64,000 nt of DNA from NCBI RefSeq assembly GCF_009834535.1, contig NC_045696.1:104348001-104412000 (forward strand). Direction: 5' to 3'. Source of the DNA: Camelus ferus. Taxonomy: Eukaryota. The notes beneath the pieces are model-generated. The model saw only the letters and a list, made by a program, of their open reading frames with translations, was not told where the DNA came from and ran no database searches. Made by a program: the position numbers and the translations under genes. Shown piece by piece: positions 24,130-35,894 of the stretch. The stretch's first letter is position 1, and each line of letters begins with the position of its first letter.

Positions 24130-24187
24130 TGTATTAGTCAGGATTTTCCAGAGAAACAGAACCAATAGGATGTATGTATATATATGT

Positions 24188-24219
<32 letters not shown>

Positions 24220-24564
24220 ACTTATATATATGGAAAGAGAGATTGAGAGAGATCTTTATTTTAAGGAATTGGCTCATATGATTATGGAGATTCAGAGAAG
24301 AACCTATGTTTCAGTTCAAGTCTGAAGGCCATCTGCTGCAGGATTCCTTCTTGCTGGGAAAGGTCAGTCTTTTGTTCCATGCTGGCCTTCAACTGATTGG
24401 ATGAGGCCCACCGCACCACAGAGGACATTGTGCTTTACTCAGAGTTGACTGATTTAAATGTTACCCTCATCCAAAAACACTCTCACCAAAATATACAGGA
24501 TGATATTTGGCCAGATATCTGGGTACCATGGCCCAGCCAAGCTGACACAAAATTAACTATCACA
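24130..24564 (-). mobile_element. MLT2-type ERVL solo LTR with internal (TA)/(TG) microsatellite
   Basis: tgtattagtcaggattttccagagaaacagaaccaatagga...aagctgacacaaaattaactatcaca. TSD gctgg/gttgg. Confidence 0.9.
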
Positions 24565-25284
24565 GTTGGTAACATGGATAAAGGAGAAGCAATTTTGACA
24601 GATAGGGTGGGGCTTCCTTTGAGGTCTGGAGCAGGGATTGATTTGGGCTGTGATCAGCTCTCTTACATTTAGGAACTATGTTCCATACAAGTTGTCTTTA
24701 GCACACGACCCGAAAAAAACCTAGGAAGCTGGGAAACAGGGATGACAGAGTGTCATCTAAATGCCTCTGCAGCCTCAATACAATACTTTCAAGGGAAAGT
24801 CTGAAGTCCAGCATTTGCTGCTACTTGGAACAACTTCATTAATCTATATAGGCCTCAGGGTTAAAACCCAAGAAGCTGAAGAAATTGAAGGCTAATACTT
24901 CGGAGTCAGTGAGTTCCTGCAAGTCTGTTGGAGATGCTTGGCCAGTGGACAGAATGCTTTGATTTGCATGCGTATTATAAGCCAAAGAATCCTTCATTTA
25001 TTAATTCAGTCTTCAAATGGAAAAAGTAGTTGCCTGGAGAGGTACAGTGATGTGGGAGGGCAAGTCACAGGGCCAGGTTTGGACCCAACCACTAGTGCTC
25101 AGAATCTGAGCTGTGTCCCTGTGTGCAGTGTGCAGGTGTCTCTGCTAGATTAGGGACAGGGGCCTGTGCTGAGGGGTTGGAGGTCCAGCTTCCAGCTCTG
25201 ACCAGTTTCTTAGGTGTTGGGGACATGCAGCAACCGCTCTGGCCCTCAGCATCCTCATCTCATAAATAGGAGATTTTCCTGAGC

Positions 25285-25760
25285 TTATGTCTGTACAGTT
25301 TTGGCTACATACTCTTTGATGGCCTTCTCATATGTCAATAATTTTGTAATACTGTTTACACAGTGAATAAATAGTAATTTAGTCTTTCCTCTAGCATGGT
25401 TGATCCAGATTTGCTTTTTAATGCTGACAATTTTAGAAATATTTCTTTCAGTTGAAGGCTTCATTTTTGGAAACATCATGTAAATTTTTAGGGTTGTTGT
25501 CACAATTGGGAAATCCAGTTTTTTTTTTTTCATATATGTCTCATCTAATGACATATATGCTTAAATATTTTTGCATAATATCACAAAATTGGACAGTTTG
25601 GTCCTTTATGAAATTTCTACATTGTTTGAGGCATCTTTTTTAATGTTGTCTTCTTTAATATTTCAAAGAGTTTTACTAAGTCAAATTGATATGCCCTTAG
25701 AGGAATTGACTAAAGCATCCTTAAAATGCTTAAAAATAGACAAAAGAGAAAAATAATGAA
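25285..25760 (-). mobile_element. Zaphod-like hAT-Tip100 transposon fragment (transposase C-terminus)
   Basis: ORF 25285-25554 reads FPIVTTTLKIYMMFP..TERNISK..ITKLLTYEKAIKEY, a degenerate hAT dimerisation domain (FPNL..L.I..T.P.T...ER.FS.L). Confidence 0.75.
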
Positions 25761-26204
25761 AAAATGCTTTAAAGGAGCTGCGCAGACTGCATTGACTGTG
25801 AAGAGCTATACATGTGCTAGATCCCTGCCTACCAAAGATGCTCGTTCAGGGGGCTTGCCTGCCTTGGTCAGCTGTGGCTGGCTTGATGGGAGAAGCTACA
25901 TGGCTAAACTGTGCTCTGTGCTCCAATCTGAGTGCTTCAGAGGCTTCCGTGGGTGACTAGGGAATTGGATCTCTGTGACCTAATGCCTGCCTATCCTTTG
26001 GCTCTAACACCGTAGAAATGGTATTGAGGGTGGGAGCAAGAAAGAGCTTGCAGTAGGGTCCTGTATCCCGGAGTTCTGTTTGGAAATGCTTCTCTTTACC
26101 AACTCGTACACTTCTGTGTTACGGAAACAATGCTTAGTATACTGAATGTATTTCTCTTTTTTGCTTTAAATGTTTGGAAGCTCCTATCAAACCAGGTGAC
26201 CTTA

Positions 26205-26351
26205 TGTGGTAGGGTACAGCTCAGTGGTAGAGCGCTTGCTTAGCATGCACGAGGTCCTGGGTTCAATCCCCAGTACCTCCATTAAAATAAGTAAGTAAAT
26301 AAATAAACCTAAATATCCACCCCTGCAACAAAACAAAACAAAAAGTTTGCA
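26205..26351 (+). mobile_element. tRNA-Ala-derived SINE (vic-1-like), full length
   Basis: tRNA-Ala(AGC)-like head at 26210-26281 and A-rich tail. Perfect 16-bp TSD aaaccaggtgacctta at 26189-26204 and 26352-26367. Confidence 0.95.
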
Positions 26352-26839
26352 AAACCAGGTGACCTTAATAAATATGAAGGACTCTGTGATGTATATTTTT
26401 AGGAATTTTGGCTTCAGTGCTTTATGCTAATAGTAGCTAATCAATTTCTCATTTTTGTCTATTTTATACAGATTTGAAAGGTACCACAAATCCTATTTAG
26501 AAAAGTAATAGAGTTATGAATAAAAGAAGGATGAGGTTTTGGAGAGAGAATGGTTGACATGGAATTGAACAAGAGGGGCTATGAATAAAAAAGCTGAGGT
26601 CATGAGGGAGATGGGTTTATAATATTGAAGAAACGTGGAAAATGGAATTGGGGAGGAATAGAAAGTTACAGGCAGGATCAAGATCGAGAGGTATTATTAG
26701 CAAAGGCAGTGCGCTGAGACAGGAGCAGTGAGGATGGCTCAGGAAGAGCGAGGGGCGCGCCCAGCAAACCCAGGGCAGTCTGATTGTCACATCTTGTTTA
26801 GTTAGGAATCTTTCTTTTTTTTTTTTTTTTTTGGTCTGG

Positions 26840-27650
26840 GTATTTTAAGGATTTTTCACTTTATCTTTTTCACGATAATATGCCTACTTTTTTGGATTAA
26901 TTTGTGTTTATCTTGCTTTGTGTTCAGAGCAAACTTTTAATTTGCAAACTTACGTGTCTCTTAAATCCTGGGAGCATTCTACTTTTCTCTCTCAAATATT
27001 ACTTCTTCATTACCCTCCATGTCTCTTAACTGCTCTGATAATTATCTCTGTTAGGTTATTCTCCAGGTCATTTTCTCTGAGAATCCTTTTTATTTTTCTT
27101 TTTGAAATTGCAGTTGAAATACAACATTATATCAGTTTTAGGTGTAAATATAGTGATTCAACATTTATATACATTATATATTGATGACCGCAATAAGTCT
27201 AATAACCATCTGTCACCATACAAAGTTATTACAATATTATTGAATATATTCTCTATGCTGTAATACATCCCCATGACTTATTTATTTTCCCTCTGAGTCA
27301 GTTCCTATATTGTGCCCAGTGTAGAGTGTACTTATATGGAGTTTATTTCAATAAATATATATTTAGGTTTCAAGATTTCAAATTTGTTTTTCAATGGTTT
27401 ACTATTATTTTAACTTCTGCCTGACTTTACCTCATAATTTCTATCCCTTTTATTGATATTTCTTGTCACTGAGGCTTCTAAACATTTATTTAAATTCATT
27501 GTCAGGCCATCTATAATTTTACTTTCATCTGGAATGAATTCATGTTTAATTATTCATTAGTTTGTTTTGTTTTCTGTCTTGTATTGCATTTGATTTCCTC
27601 GTGTGTTTTGGAATTTCTGTTTGCAGACTCATCTTAAGAGGGAGGTCTTG
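26840..27650 (-). mobile_element. Ancient L1/HAL1 ORF1-region fragment
   Basis: T-rich antisense L1-like sequence; highly degraded. Confidence 0.5.
27086..27289 (-). mobile_element. L1MA-like 3' UTR fragment
   Basis: caacattatatcagttttaggtgtaaatatagtgattcaacatt..aagtctaataaccatctgtcaccatacaaagttattacaatattattg. Confidence 0.75.
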
Positions 27651-27714
27651 TCCCATCTCCTGTGCACACACACACATACCCTATTTCATTTGTGTGAATT
27701 CATACCCTATCGCA

Positions 27715-28110
27715 TACCCTAGGATGCATTTGACTTCATGTAAGAGGAGATCCAAACAACATTGGTTAAGCCATATGACATTTATTATTTACTTCAGAAG
27801 TACAGAGGCTGGGTGGTCCAGGGTTCACTGAGTGGTCCAGCAATATCAGGATTCCAGGTCATCTCCTTTTCCTCAATAGATGCAAGAGGCTGTTTCAACT
27901 TCAGACATCCTGTCTTTGCACAGTAACATCCCAGGTGGGATGGGAGATGTAGACAGAAAATGAAAACTTTTTCCCATGAGTGCTTTATTTGGAAGAAACT
28001 TTTTCCTAAGAGTCCTGAGCAGTGAGCTGGCTCAGGTCGCTCACATGGTGTTAACACATATACTTCCCACTCAATCTGTAAGAATGAAACCCTCAGACAT
28101 CCCAGACTAA
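27715..28110 (-). mobile_element. Old MLT1-type LTR fragment
   Basis: atttgacttcatgtaagaggagatccaaacaacattggttaagc..agaagtacagaggctgggtggtccaggg. Confidence 0.5.
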
Positions 28111-28525
28111 CCCAGAGTTTAGCAGGACAGCAGTTCTAGCTTCTACTTACTGCTTTGGATTTCTCTTCTGTTTCACACTGATAGAGTCATCCCGATTTTG
28201 AACGTGGCTATGGTTTTAGCAGTTTCTTTTTATATTTCATCTGTCATTATTGAATGCTAAGATTGGAGGGAAAAAAGAAGGCTCACAATTCTACCTTGAT
28301 CCAAGTCCCACTCTTCTTTCTGTTTTAAATTATGGGATGGAAACATGTGTTGGGTATGTGATCAAATTCACACAACTTTAATGGAGATAAAGTTTACTTG
28401 ATTGGAAGGATGTGGGCTGGAGGGATAAGGAGGGGGCCAGCTTGTGTAACCCTTCTGGATGTGTGAGGCACAGGTGAAGCTCAGAACAAGACACAAGCAA
28501 AGAGCCTCCACAACATACTTACTTG

Positions 28526-28612
28526 AAAGAGGATATAGCTCAGTGGTAGAGCTCATGCTTAACATACATGAGGTCTTAGGTTCAATCCCCAGAACCTCCA
28601 ATAAAAAAAAAG
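28526..28612 (+). mobile_element. Short tRNA-Ala-derived SINE (vic-1-like)
   Basis: ggatatagctcagtggtagagctcatgcttaacatacatgaggtcttaggttcaatccccagaacctcca plus poly-A. TSD atacttacttg (28515-28525) / atacttacctg (28613-28623). Confidence 0.9.
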
Positions 28613-30042
28613 ATACTTACCTGGAAAGGACACTGCTGCTTATTCAGCTTATTAATACTTGAGGGCAGAGTTTGAGTCCAGATATACTTTCCATGTGAAC
28701 CTAAACTCCAGAACCAGCCACCAAAGCCAGAATTTTTGTTCCTTAAAACTTGAATTAGCTACACTATGGCAGTTGTGGAGAGTATCGATATTTAGTCTAG
28801 GTTAATTTTCATTGGAATGTGATTTACTCTTTGGAAATGACAGGGGTCAGATATCAACCCTTGACCCATAAATCCTTCTTCCCTGCCCAAGGGGGTCTTC
28901 ATATCTACTGCACAAGGCCTAGGGTGGGGAGAGGGTTGGCAGGTGGAGGGAACTGGAGGGTCTCTTCTGTAACTTTCCCCTGGGAGGACATCTTTTACAG
29001 ATTAAGTTAAAACAGCAAGCAAATAACACTTTCAGTTTTACCTGCACTGATTTGTTTATTATTGGCTTTCCTAGACTGGCTGGGCCAGATCAGGAACAGA
29101 GGTAGGGTCGTTTCAAAGACTTTCTTTCAAAGGTCTTATTCTCAGAACTCATTTTCCCCTCTTTCTCTCAAAGGAAAAAAAAAAGGTAGCTCTGTATAGT
29201 TTATTTACTAGCAGCTTTTCCAAGGGGATTGAAGTTCAGCATTTCAAAGACCTTGTTTTCAGGATTTTTTTCTTTCTACTTTTTTTTTTTCCCCAAAGAT
29301 AAAAGGTTAGATCTATACAGTTTACTAACGAAGCTTTTCTAAGGAGACTTGAGGGCAGCTTCTGATAGGGCTCTCTGAAGTGTCCATTGCTGGAATTTTC
29401 CCAGCTCCTGGTCTGCTGTGTTCAGGCAGACAGGGGCTTCGGCTGCGACTTTGCGGGGCTGCACCTGCCATCTCTTTACTCCGTCCTCACAACCTGGGCT
29501 CCAGCTTCACAGCCGCTCAGCTTCTGACTGCTGCTCAGGCCCCAGCTCAGAGTCTGACCATTTCCACCTTCATGTTCACATCCTGCTGGCCTTGGGGCTG
29601 GTTTGGGACCAGCCAAGGGCTGCCTCGGCCCCACACCTCCTCCTCTGTGAGCTCAGTGTGGCACGCCCCGCCTCCTCGCCCCGCCAGCTGGGACTACGCC
29701 TTTGAAGCCATCTCTGCGGGATCTGACTCTCAGAGTTGAACCACAGCCCAAAGCTCTAAGGCTCTGTCTCCTGCTGCAACTCATCATCTCCCAGCCTTCC
29801 CACTTCCCTTGCCCACTTGTTAGGAGTTCCTGAGGTCTGCAGCCCCTCCGCTGCTGCTCAGGTGAGGGGATGTTTGTGCTCATGCATGTAAACGACAGAC
29901 CTCACACAGATGGTGGGGAAAACAAACCGGCAGTTTACTTTGCTTTAAGGATGTAGGTACAGGAGGGTAAGAAGTGGCATGTCAGGGTTCTGCAACCACA
30001 AGAGTGTCTTTGTCAGAGCAGGGAGCCTGCTGTAGTTTAGGG

Positions 30043-30857
30043 CAGGGGTTTACGAAATACAGATCATGGGCCAAATTCAGCTTGCCACCTGTTCTCGTAA
30101 ATGACTGTGATACAGGAAAACGGGGCACGAGAGGATGGTTGTGTCCCACATCTCCTGTGAATCCCTGGGACATGCCCCCGCCAAATGAGAGTCCTTGGCT
30201 TTTCACAGGAAAGAATTCAAGACCATGTCATAATTATGTAAAAGTGTATTTATTCAGAGATGCACATTCCACAGACAGTGTAGGCCGCCTCTGAAGGCCA
30301 GAGAAGCCATGAGGCATGGGGGGTGTTTAGTTTAAAGTGAAAATAGATACACATTCCATAGAGTGTGGGCTATCTCAGAAGGAGAGAGAGAGAGACAGAG
30401 AGTGAGAGGCTGTGGAGCGTGGTGGTGTTAGGTTTTATGGGTTTGGTAACTTCATATGCTAACAAGTAGGAGGATTATTCCAGCTACTTTGGGGAAGGGG
30501 CTGGGACTCGCAGGAATTGGACCACCACGCACTTTCTTGACCTTTTATGGTCAACCTTGGAGCTGTAATGGCACCTGTGAGTGTGTCATTCACCATGCTA
30601 ATGTATTACAGTGAGCGTCTAATGAAACTCAAAGTCTACTGGGAGTCAGATCTTCAATTGCTGTGTCATTCCTTTAATGGCTGTGCCCTACCCCCTTTCC
30701 TCTGTCTCAGCTGAACCACAGCCCCAGGCATTTATTTACTTGTGTCTTTCACTACTTTCACACCCACGTCAAATAGTTGCAACAGAGATCATATGGCTCA
30801 CAGAGCCCAAAATATTTACTATCTGACCCTTTGCACCAAAAGTTTGCCAACTGCTTG
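30043..30857 (+). mobile_element. MER58A hAT-Charlie MITE split by an LTR
   Basis: caggggtt..gggccaaattcagcttgccacctgtt..gtaaat | aaccacagcc..aatagttgcaacagagatcatatggc..aaaatatttactatctgaccctt..agtttgccaac. Confidence 0.85.
30108..30709 (-). mobile_element. ERV1-like solo LTR (about 600 bp)
   Basis: The minus strand begins TGAGACAGAGG and ends ..TATCA. Near-perfect 4-bp TSD actg/gctg. It interrupts MER58A cleanly. Confidence 0.8.
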
Positions 30858-31214
30858 TCTTCAGTCTGTTGAGAAGAAACTTGAGGCTTCCACCAAAGCC
30901 ATGAGAGATTCAGGAAGGCTTCTGGAAGGCCGTCTGGCACCGCATGGTAAGTAAGTGTTCTGGATGTGTGAGGCATGAGTGATGCTTGGCCGTGTACCAA
31001 GATAAATCCAACTGCGTGTAACTCTGCCTGTGTACGACAGCCTGAGTGAGGTTCCTGGTTTACGTGTGCCCACCGATCCCCTCTAAGGGATGTTATGTTC
31101 ATAGGAAAGGACAGAACTAAAGAAGGTACTGTAATATTAGGAACAAAAATATTTGTGATTACTTGCATCTTTGTGAAGGTTTTGGGGTGTTACAGTATTT
31201 GCCTGGTGACACCA

Positions 31215-31380
31215 TACTAGATATAAATATACTATCTATAATATATTCTATTATAATATGTTATATAATTATGTCAGATATAATGATATGATACCACATG
31301 ATGATTAGGTATTATATAATTATATAATAACTACATTCTATAATTAATATAATATATATTTTATATAACATAATAAATAT
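31215..31380. repeat. AT-rich low-complexity tract
   Basis: Degenerate (TA/TATAA)n. Confidence 0.8.
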
Positions 31381-32274
31381 CAAAGGCCATAAATCTTTTG
31401 ACTACTCATCCAAACCCATTTGCATGAGCTCAAACCCCCTTGCTGACCTCAAGGTCAAGGAGCACAGCAGAGCTGTGGGCTGCCAGAGTCTGAGACAATT
31501 TACCAAAGCCACCACCTCGGGAGAATGAGCTGTGCCTTCCTCCTCGTTGGGGTTTCTGCTCATTCATCCCCGGCTGGGGTGGAACAGCTGAGGCAACACG
31601 GTGCACAAAACTGGTGGTTTATTTACACTGGGTGACCACACCAGCGGGAGTGTCACCAGGTCTATGGTACCTAAGAAGTTCCTGAGCACGCAGATTCAGG
31701 ACACGGTTTTCCTTTACAACCCAAGACTGTTCTCCACGATTGTGGTGTAGCCCTCAGACGGTGAAGAAAATTTACTTGAAGCTTGAAAATAAGGCCAAAA
31801 TGTAGGATGTTCTTTTAATAGCTAACAGGCTCAACCAAGGATTACTTAATTATTTACAAGACTGTTCCTGTGTTTGACCTTGCTATTTACTCTTTGTTAG
31901 GGTGGAGACATGGCAAAATTGCATGCTGACTTGTAATCCTGTGTGATGGAGGACTGCTCCCCCCTCCCAAATTGTGGTTTTATTGCTATGAAAACAGTAA
32001 CTAGTTTTAGATCTGTCATAGCAATTGTCTTTAAAAAAATTTTTTCCCCCTAGCAATCTCATTTCCAGCAACTCTTTTTTAAAAAGCCTTATTGCTGATG
32101 GACTATACAAACCCTGTTCTTCACATACTCTTGGAAGCAGCTCTACCATTTTACTGGCGTGTAGTTATGGTGAAAGGCATGCCCAAGCCTGTAATTTCAA
32201 GCCCCTCCTCCCTTAATGCACTCTTAACATCCCACTGGCCAGAGCAAATCTCATCAAACAAGTATCTAACCTAT

Positions 32275-32794
32275 TATGATGGTTAATTTTATGTATCAAC
32301 TCCACTGGGCCTTGAGATGCCCAGATTGCTGGTTACACATGGTTTCTGGATGTGTCGACGAGGGTGTTTCTGGATGAGTGTAGCTTTTGAATTGGAGGCC
32401 TCCTGTAAAGCAGGTGGCTCTTCCCCCAGTGTGAGTGGGCATCATCCAATCTGTCAAGGGCCTGAATAGAGCAGAAAGGTGCAGGAGGGTTGAGTCCTCT
32501 CTCTGCTTGACTGTTTGAGCTGGATGATGATCTTCTGCCCTGGGGCCCCTGGTTCTCAGACCTTTAGGCTGGAACTATAACCTACACCATTGGCTCTCAG
32601 GCTCATAGGCTTTTGAACTACACCGCTGGTCTTCCTGGCTTCTCCAGGTTGCTGATGGCCGACTGTGGGACATCTCAGCCTCCGTAATTGCATGAGCCAG
32701 TATCATACATCTATCTGGATCTCTGTCAGTATCTGGATCTGTATCTTTCTATATGTCTCCTATTGGATCTGCTTCTCTGGAGAACACTAATATA
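32275..32794 (+). mobile_element. MLT2-type ERVL solo LTR
   Basis: tatgatggttaatttttatgtatcaact...ctattggatctgcttctctggagaacactaatata. TSD cctat/cctac. Confidence 0.88.
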
Positions 32795-33200
32795 CCTACC
32801 ACAGGGGATAAACTGGGCATTTCATTAGCAGAACTCATTGCAGTGCACTCATAGATTGTCAGATTCTTAGAACAAATAAAAATGATCACATACGATATAA
32901 AATATAAAAGCAGGCAAACTGGTTTCTGAGCAAAAGTGCTGACTGCAAATTGCACCCCCATGAATGCGTATCACAGACTTTGTTGGAGCATATTGGAGAT
33001 AGTAAGTAAATCCAACCAATTCAAACACTGTATCTATAATCCTGCACTAGTATCATGTACAGAGATTTCCTTTTTTTTTTAAAGAGTGCCGATTGTCACA
33101 ACTTGGTGGGTAAACAGATATAGCTGATAAAAGCATGTTCATAAAAGGCCAAGGTTACACCCATTGCAAAAACAACTAAGACGGTGAAGAAAATTTGAAT

Positions 33201-33424
33201 TAGAGGTGGGAGACTCTACAGCCCACGGGGCCAATCTAGCCCACCCCCCAGTTTTGTAAATAAAATTTTATTGGAACACTGTTCTGAGCATTCCTTAACA
33301 TGTGCTCTCATGACTGCTTTTGTGTGACAGGGTATGGTTGAATATTTGCAGTGGAGACACAGGGCCTACAAAATCTAAAATGTTTACCCTTTGGTCCCCT
33401 ATAGGAAACATTTGCTGACCTTTG
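33201..33424 (+). mobile_element. MER58A hAT-Charlie MITE
   Basis: ctacagcccacggggccaatctagccc..gttttgtaaataaaattttattggaacac..aaaatgtttacc..aaacatttgctgacc. Confidence 0.8.
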
Positions 33425-34789
33425 ATCTAGCATAACACAGGTGTGATTTTTGCCTCTTCTTGAGCTGCCTCTGGATATACCTCGGTCTGTACACCAGCAA
33501 GGAAACAGCGAGGTCAGCACGGCAAGCATCGCTAACCCGCCAGCCCCAGAGAACCAGAGCCGCCTCGGAGCTGTGGGGACAGTGGCTGCTAGGGGACCTG
33601 TTGAAAGCTTCTCCCTCCCTGCTCGTTTTCGGGCTTTCTAGAAAAAACAAATTCTGAAGGGAAAAATGTTCTGGGTCTCATCATCCCTCAAAGACCGAAA
33701 GGTTTACCTCTCTCATACACCTTGAGCAGAAAACAAGAGATATTTATTTGAAACGTGGAAAACTCAATTTGCAGCAGTAGCTACAGTCACGTGCGGTGTC
33801 AGGCTGCTCTCTCCCCACTGACATTGCCAGGATTAAAAATAGCCGTTCTGTTTGTCCTTCAGCCCTGTATCGAACCAGAGCCTCTGAGCTGAGTTCTCCT
33901 TAGCTTCATGCTTAATGAAGCATAATTTGTATTAATAGCAGCTATTAAATCTAGAGTGCTTAATAAGAATTTAGAGAGGAGGTCCTGAGTCACCAGGCTC
34001 CTGAGACACGATCCCCAGAGAGCTGAGCTCAGGCTAGGATGCTGGTGGTGATGAGTCTTGGAGCTGGTGAGGTGAAGCAGCTATGGGCCAGCAGGAGAGA
34101 AATAAGGCTCCAGTCTCTCAAATCTCCCATCAGCTGTGGGTTTTCTCAGGTCCCAGGTCCTGTGTGGTGGTCCCTCCATCAGACAGCAGCTGCATTCTAG
34201 AACTTGGCGATTTTACAGACCTGCATTCAGATTTGGGTTCTGCTGTGTTGCCTGGCTCTGGTCTCTTAACCTCTCTGAACCTTATTTTTTTGGTTTTTTT
34301 TTAACCTGAGAAATCGAGATGATTGAATGGGAATAATATAATAGAATGGGAGTTGCTATGAAGAATAATAGGGAAAGACAGATAGAAATGAAGATTTGAT
34401 GCTGCTTCTGTACCTCTCTGTTTTCCCATCCTTCTTTAAAACCAGCTCCATCTGAAATGTCACATGGAAGTATTTCTGTAGAAAATGAGTGTGGGAAGCA
34501 AAATAGCTCCTTTTTAGACTTGCTTTTGCAAACATTTCCTTACTTGGCCAGCCTTCCATCCATTAACACGCGTTGTGTTTGTATTTTCACTGTTGTAAAT
34601 CCCCTGCTCAAAGGTGTGTGTCCCTGTGCCCACCACCTCCTGCCCCCTTGAGCTCCTTGAAGGCAGTAGGAGGAGAATATGGTCCTTCCCATCTTGGACC
34701 CTCCTGGCATTGCCTTAGCACAGGGTCTGGTACCAAGTAGGTGCGGTTGCTGTCATCACTGTTACTGTACAATTAAGAAAACCATGTTA

Positions 34790-34975
34790 AGCACAGGGTC
34801 TAAGTGTCCTTTGTAATATTATTACAAGCTGTTTGCCCTTGGGCAAATCACTTAGTCCATCTGGGCCTCAATTTCCACATCTGCAATATGAGGTGGATAA
34901 TAGTACAACTTCACAGGTTGTTGAGATGATTAATTACAAAAAAAGTAAAGCATTTAGGTTGTGCTAGTGCCCTGT
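34790..34975 (+). mobile_element. MIR SINE
   Basis: ccttgggcaaatcactta..tctgggcctcaatttccacatctgcaatatgagg..tcacaggttgttgagatgattaa. Confidence 0.75.
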
Positions 34976-35894
34976 CAGGGTTATTGTTTCACTAGAGGTG
35001 CCGCATAGTTATTTCTATCAGAGCAGAAAAGGCTGGGGAGCCTTCAGTATGTAGTTTTTTCTGATAGATGCATGCTCGATATGAATGTCCTTTTCTGCCC
35101 TGGCTGTGGGGTTGGTCCACAAGGTGGAGGCCTGGTTCCCAGCCCAGCTTTTGCTCAGCCCTTGGGTAGGTGGGAGAAAGCAGCAGAATGGGAACCTTCA
35201 AAGGAATGATCAAGTTGGCAGCCTCCCTTCAGAAGGCAGTGACTGAAGCAAGTCATTGCAACAGTGTCCCGGGACCATTTACAAGTACCCAGGAGAAAAC
35301 GCCTTTAACAGTCTTCTGAAGCCCTGATGCAGGAGGAATCGTAACAGCTCTGGGCTTGGACTCAGGCAGCCAAGAGGAAAACGGCTGTGAAGACCTGGCC
35401 AGATGGGAGCCTGAGCGTCCTCCCTGAGCAGCCCTTTCTGAGGCGCCCACAGGAGAAGAGGAGGAGGCTGCTCGCTGCTCTGCTGTTTTAGAGATCAGTG
35501 AGAAGCTCTCAGTTTCACGAACCTATAACTGTCCACCAAGTGGGAACATGGTCTAGGGGATTGTATTTCGGGGGATTATTTATTTCTGTAACGTTAGCGT
35601 AACTTCAATGACCCAATCACAGAGATGGGACTCTGCTAGACCTTGTAGACTGTGGAGTGCAGGCTGCTTCTGCAGGGTTGATGAGCTGGCAGGAGTCTTG
35701 GCAGATCACCCAGCTCCAGATAATTCAGCCCTTGGGACAAGAAGGGATTCCACATTTGCAGAGGAATAAACTGTGGCAAGACTTGGGGAGTCACAGGGGT
35801 AGGGAAGTAGTAATAGAACCAGCTTACAAGCTTGTGCTTCTTTTCTTCACTGGGCAAGTGCTGAGGTGCCAGGCACAAGCTAAGACAGTGGATA

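Noticed and set aside
26210..26281. Functional tRNA-Ala(AGC) gene
   Set aside because: The first two acceptor-stem pairs are broken and the anticodon stem has a mismatch. The A-rich tail and 16-bp TSD mark it as a SINE.
28613..28624. U1 snRNA gene or pseudogene (ATACTTACCTGG)
   Set aside because: Only the first 12 nt match; the downstream sequence does not continue as U1.
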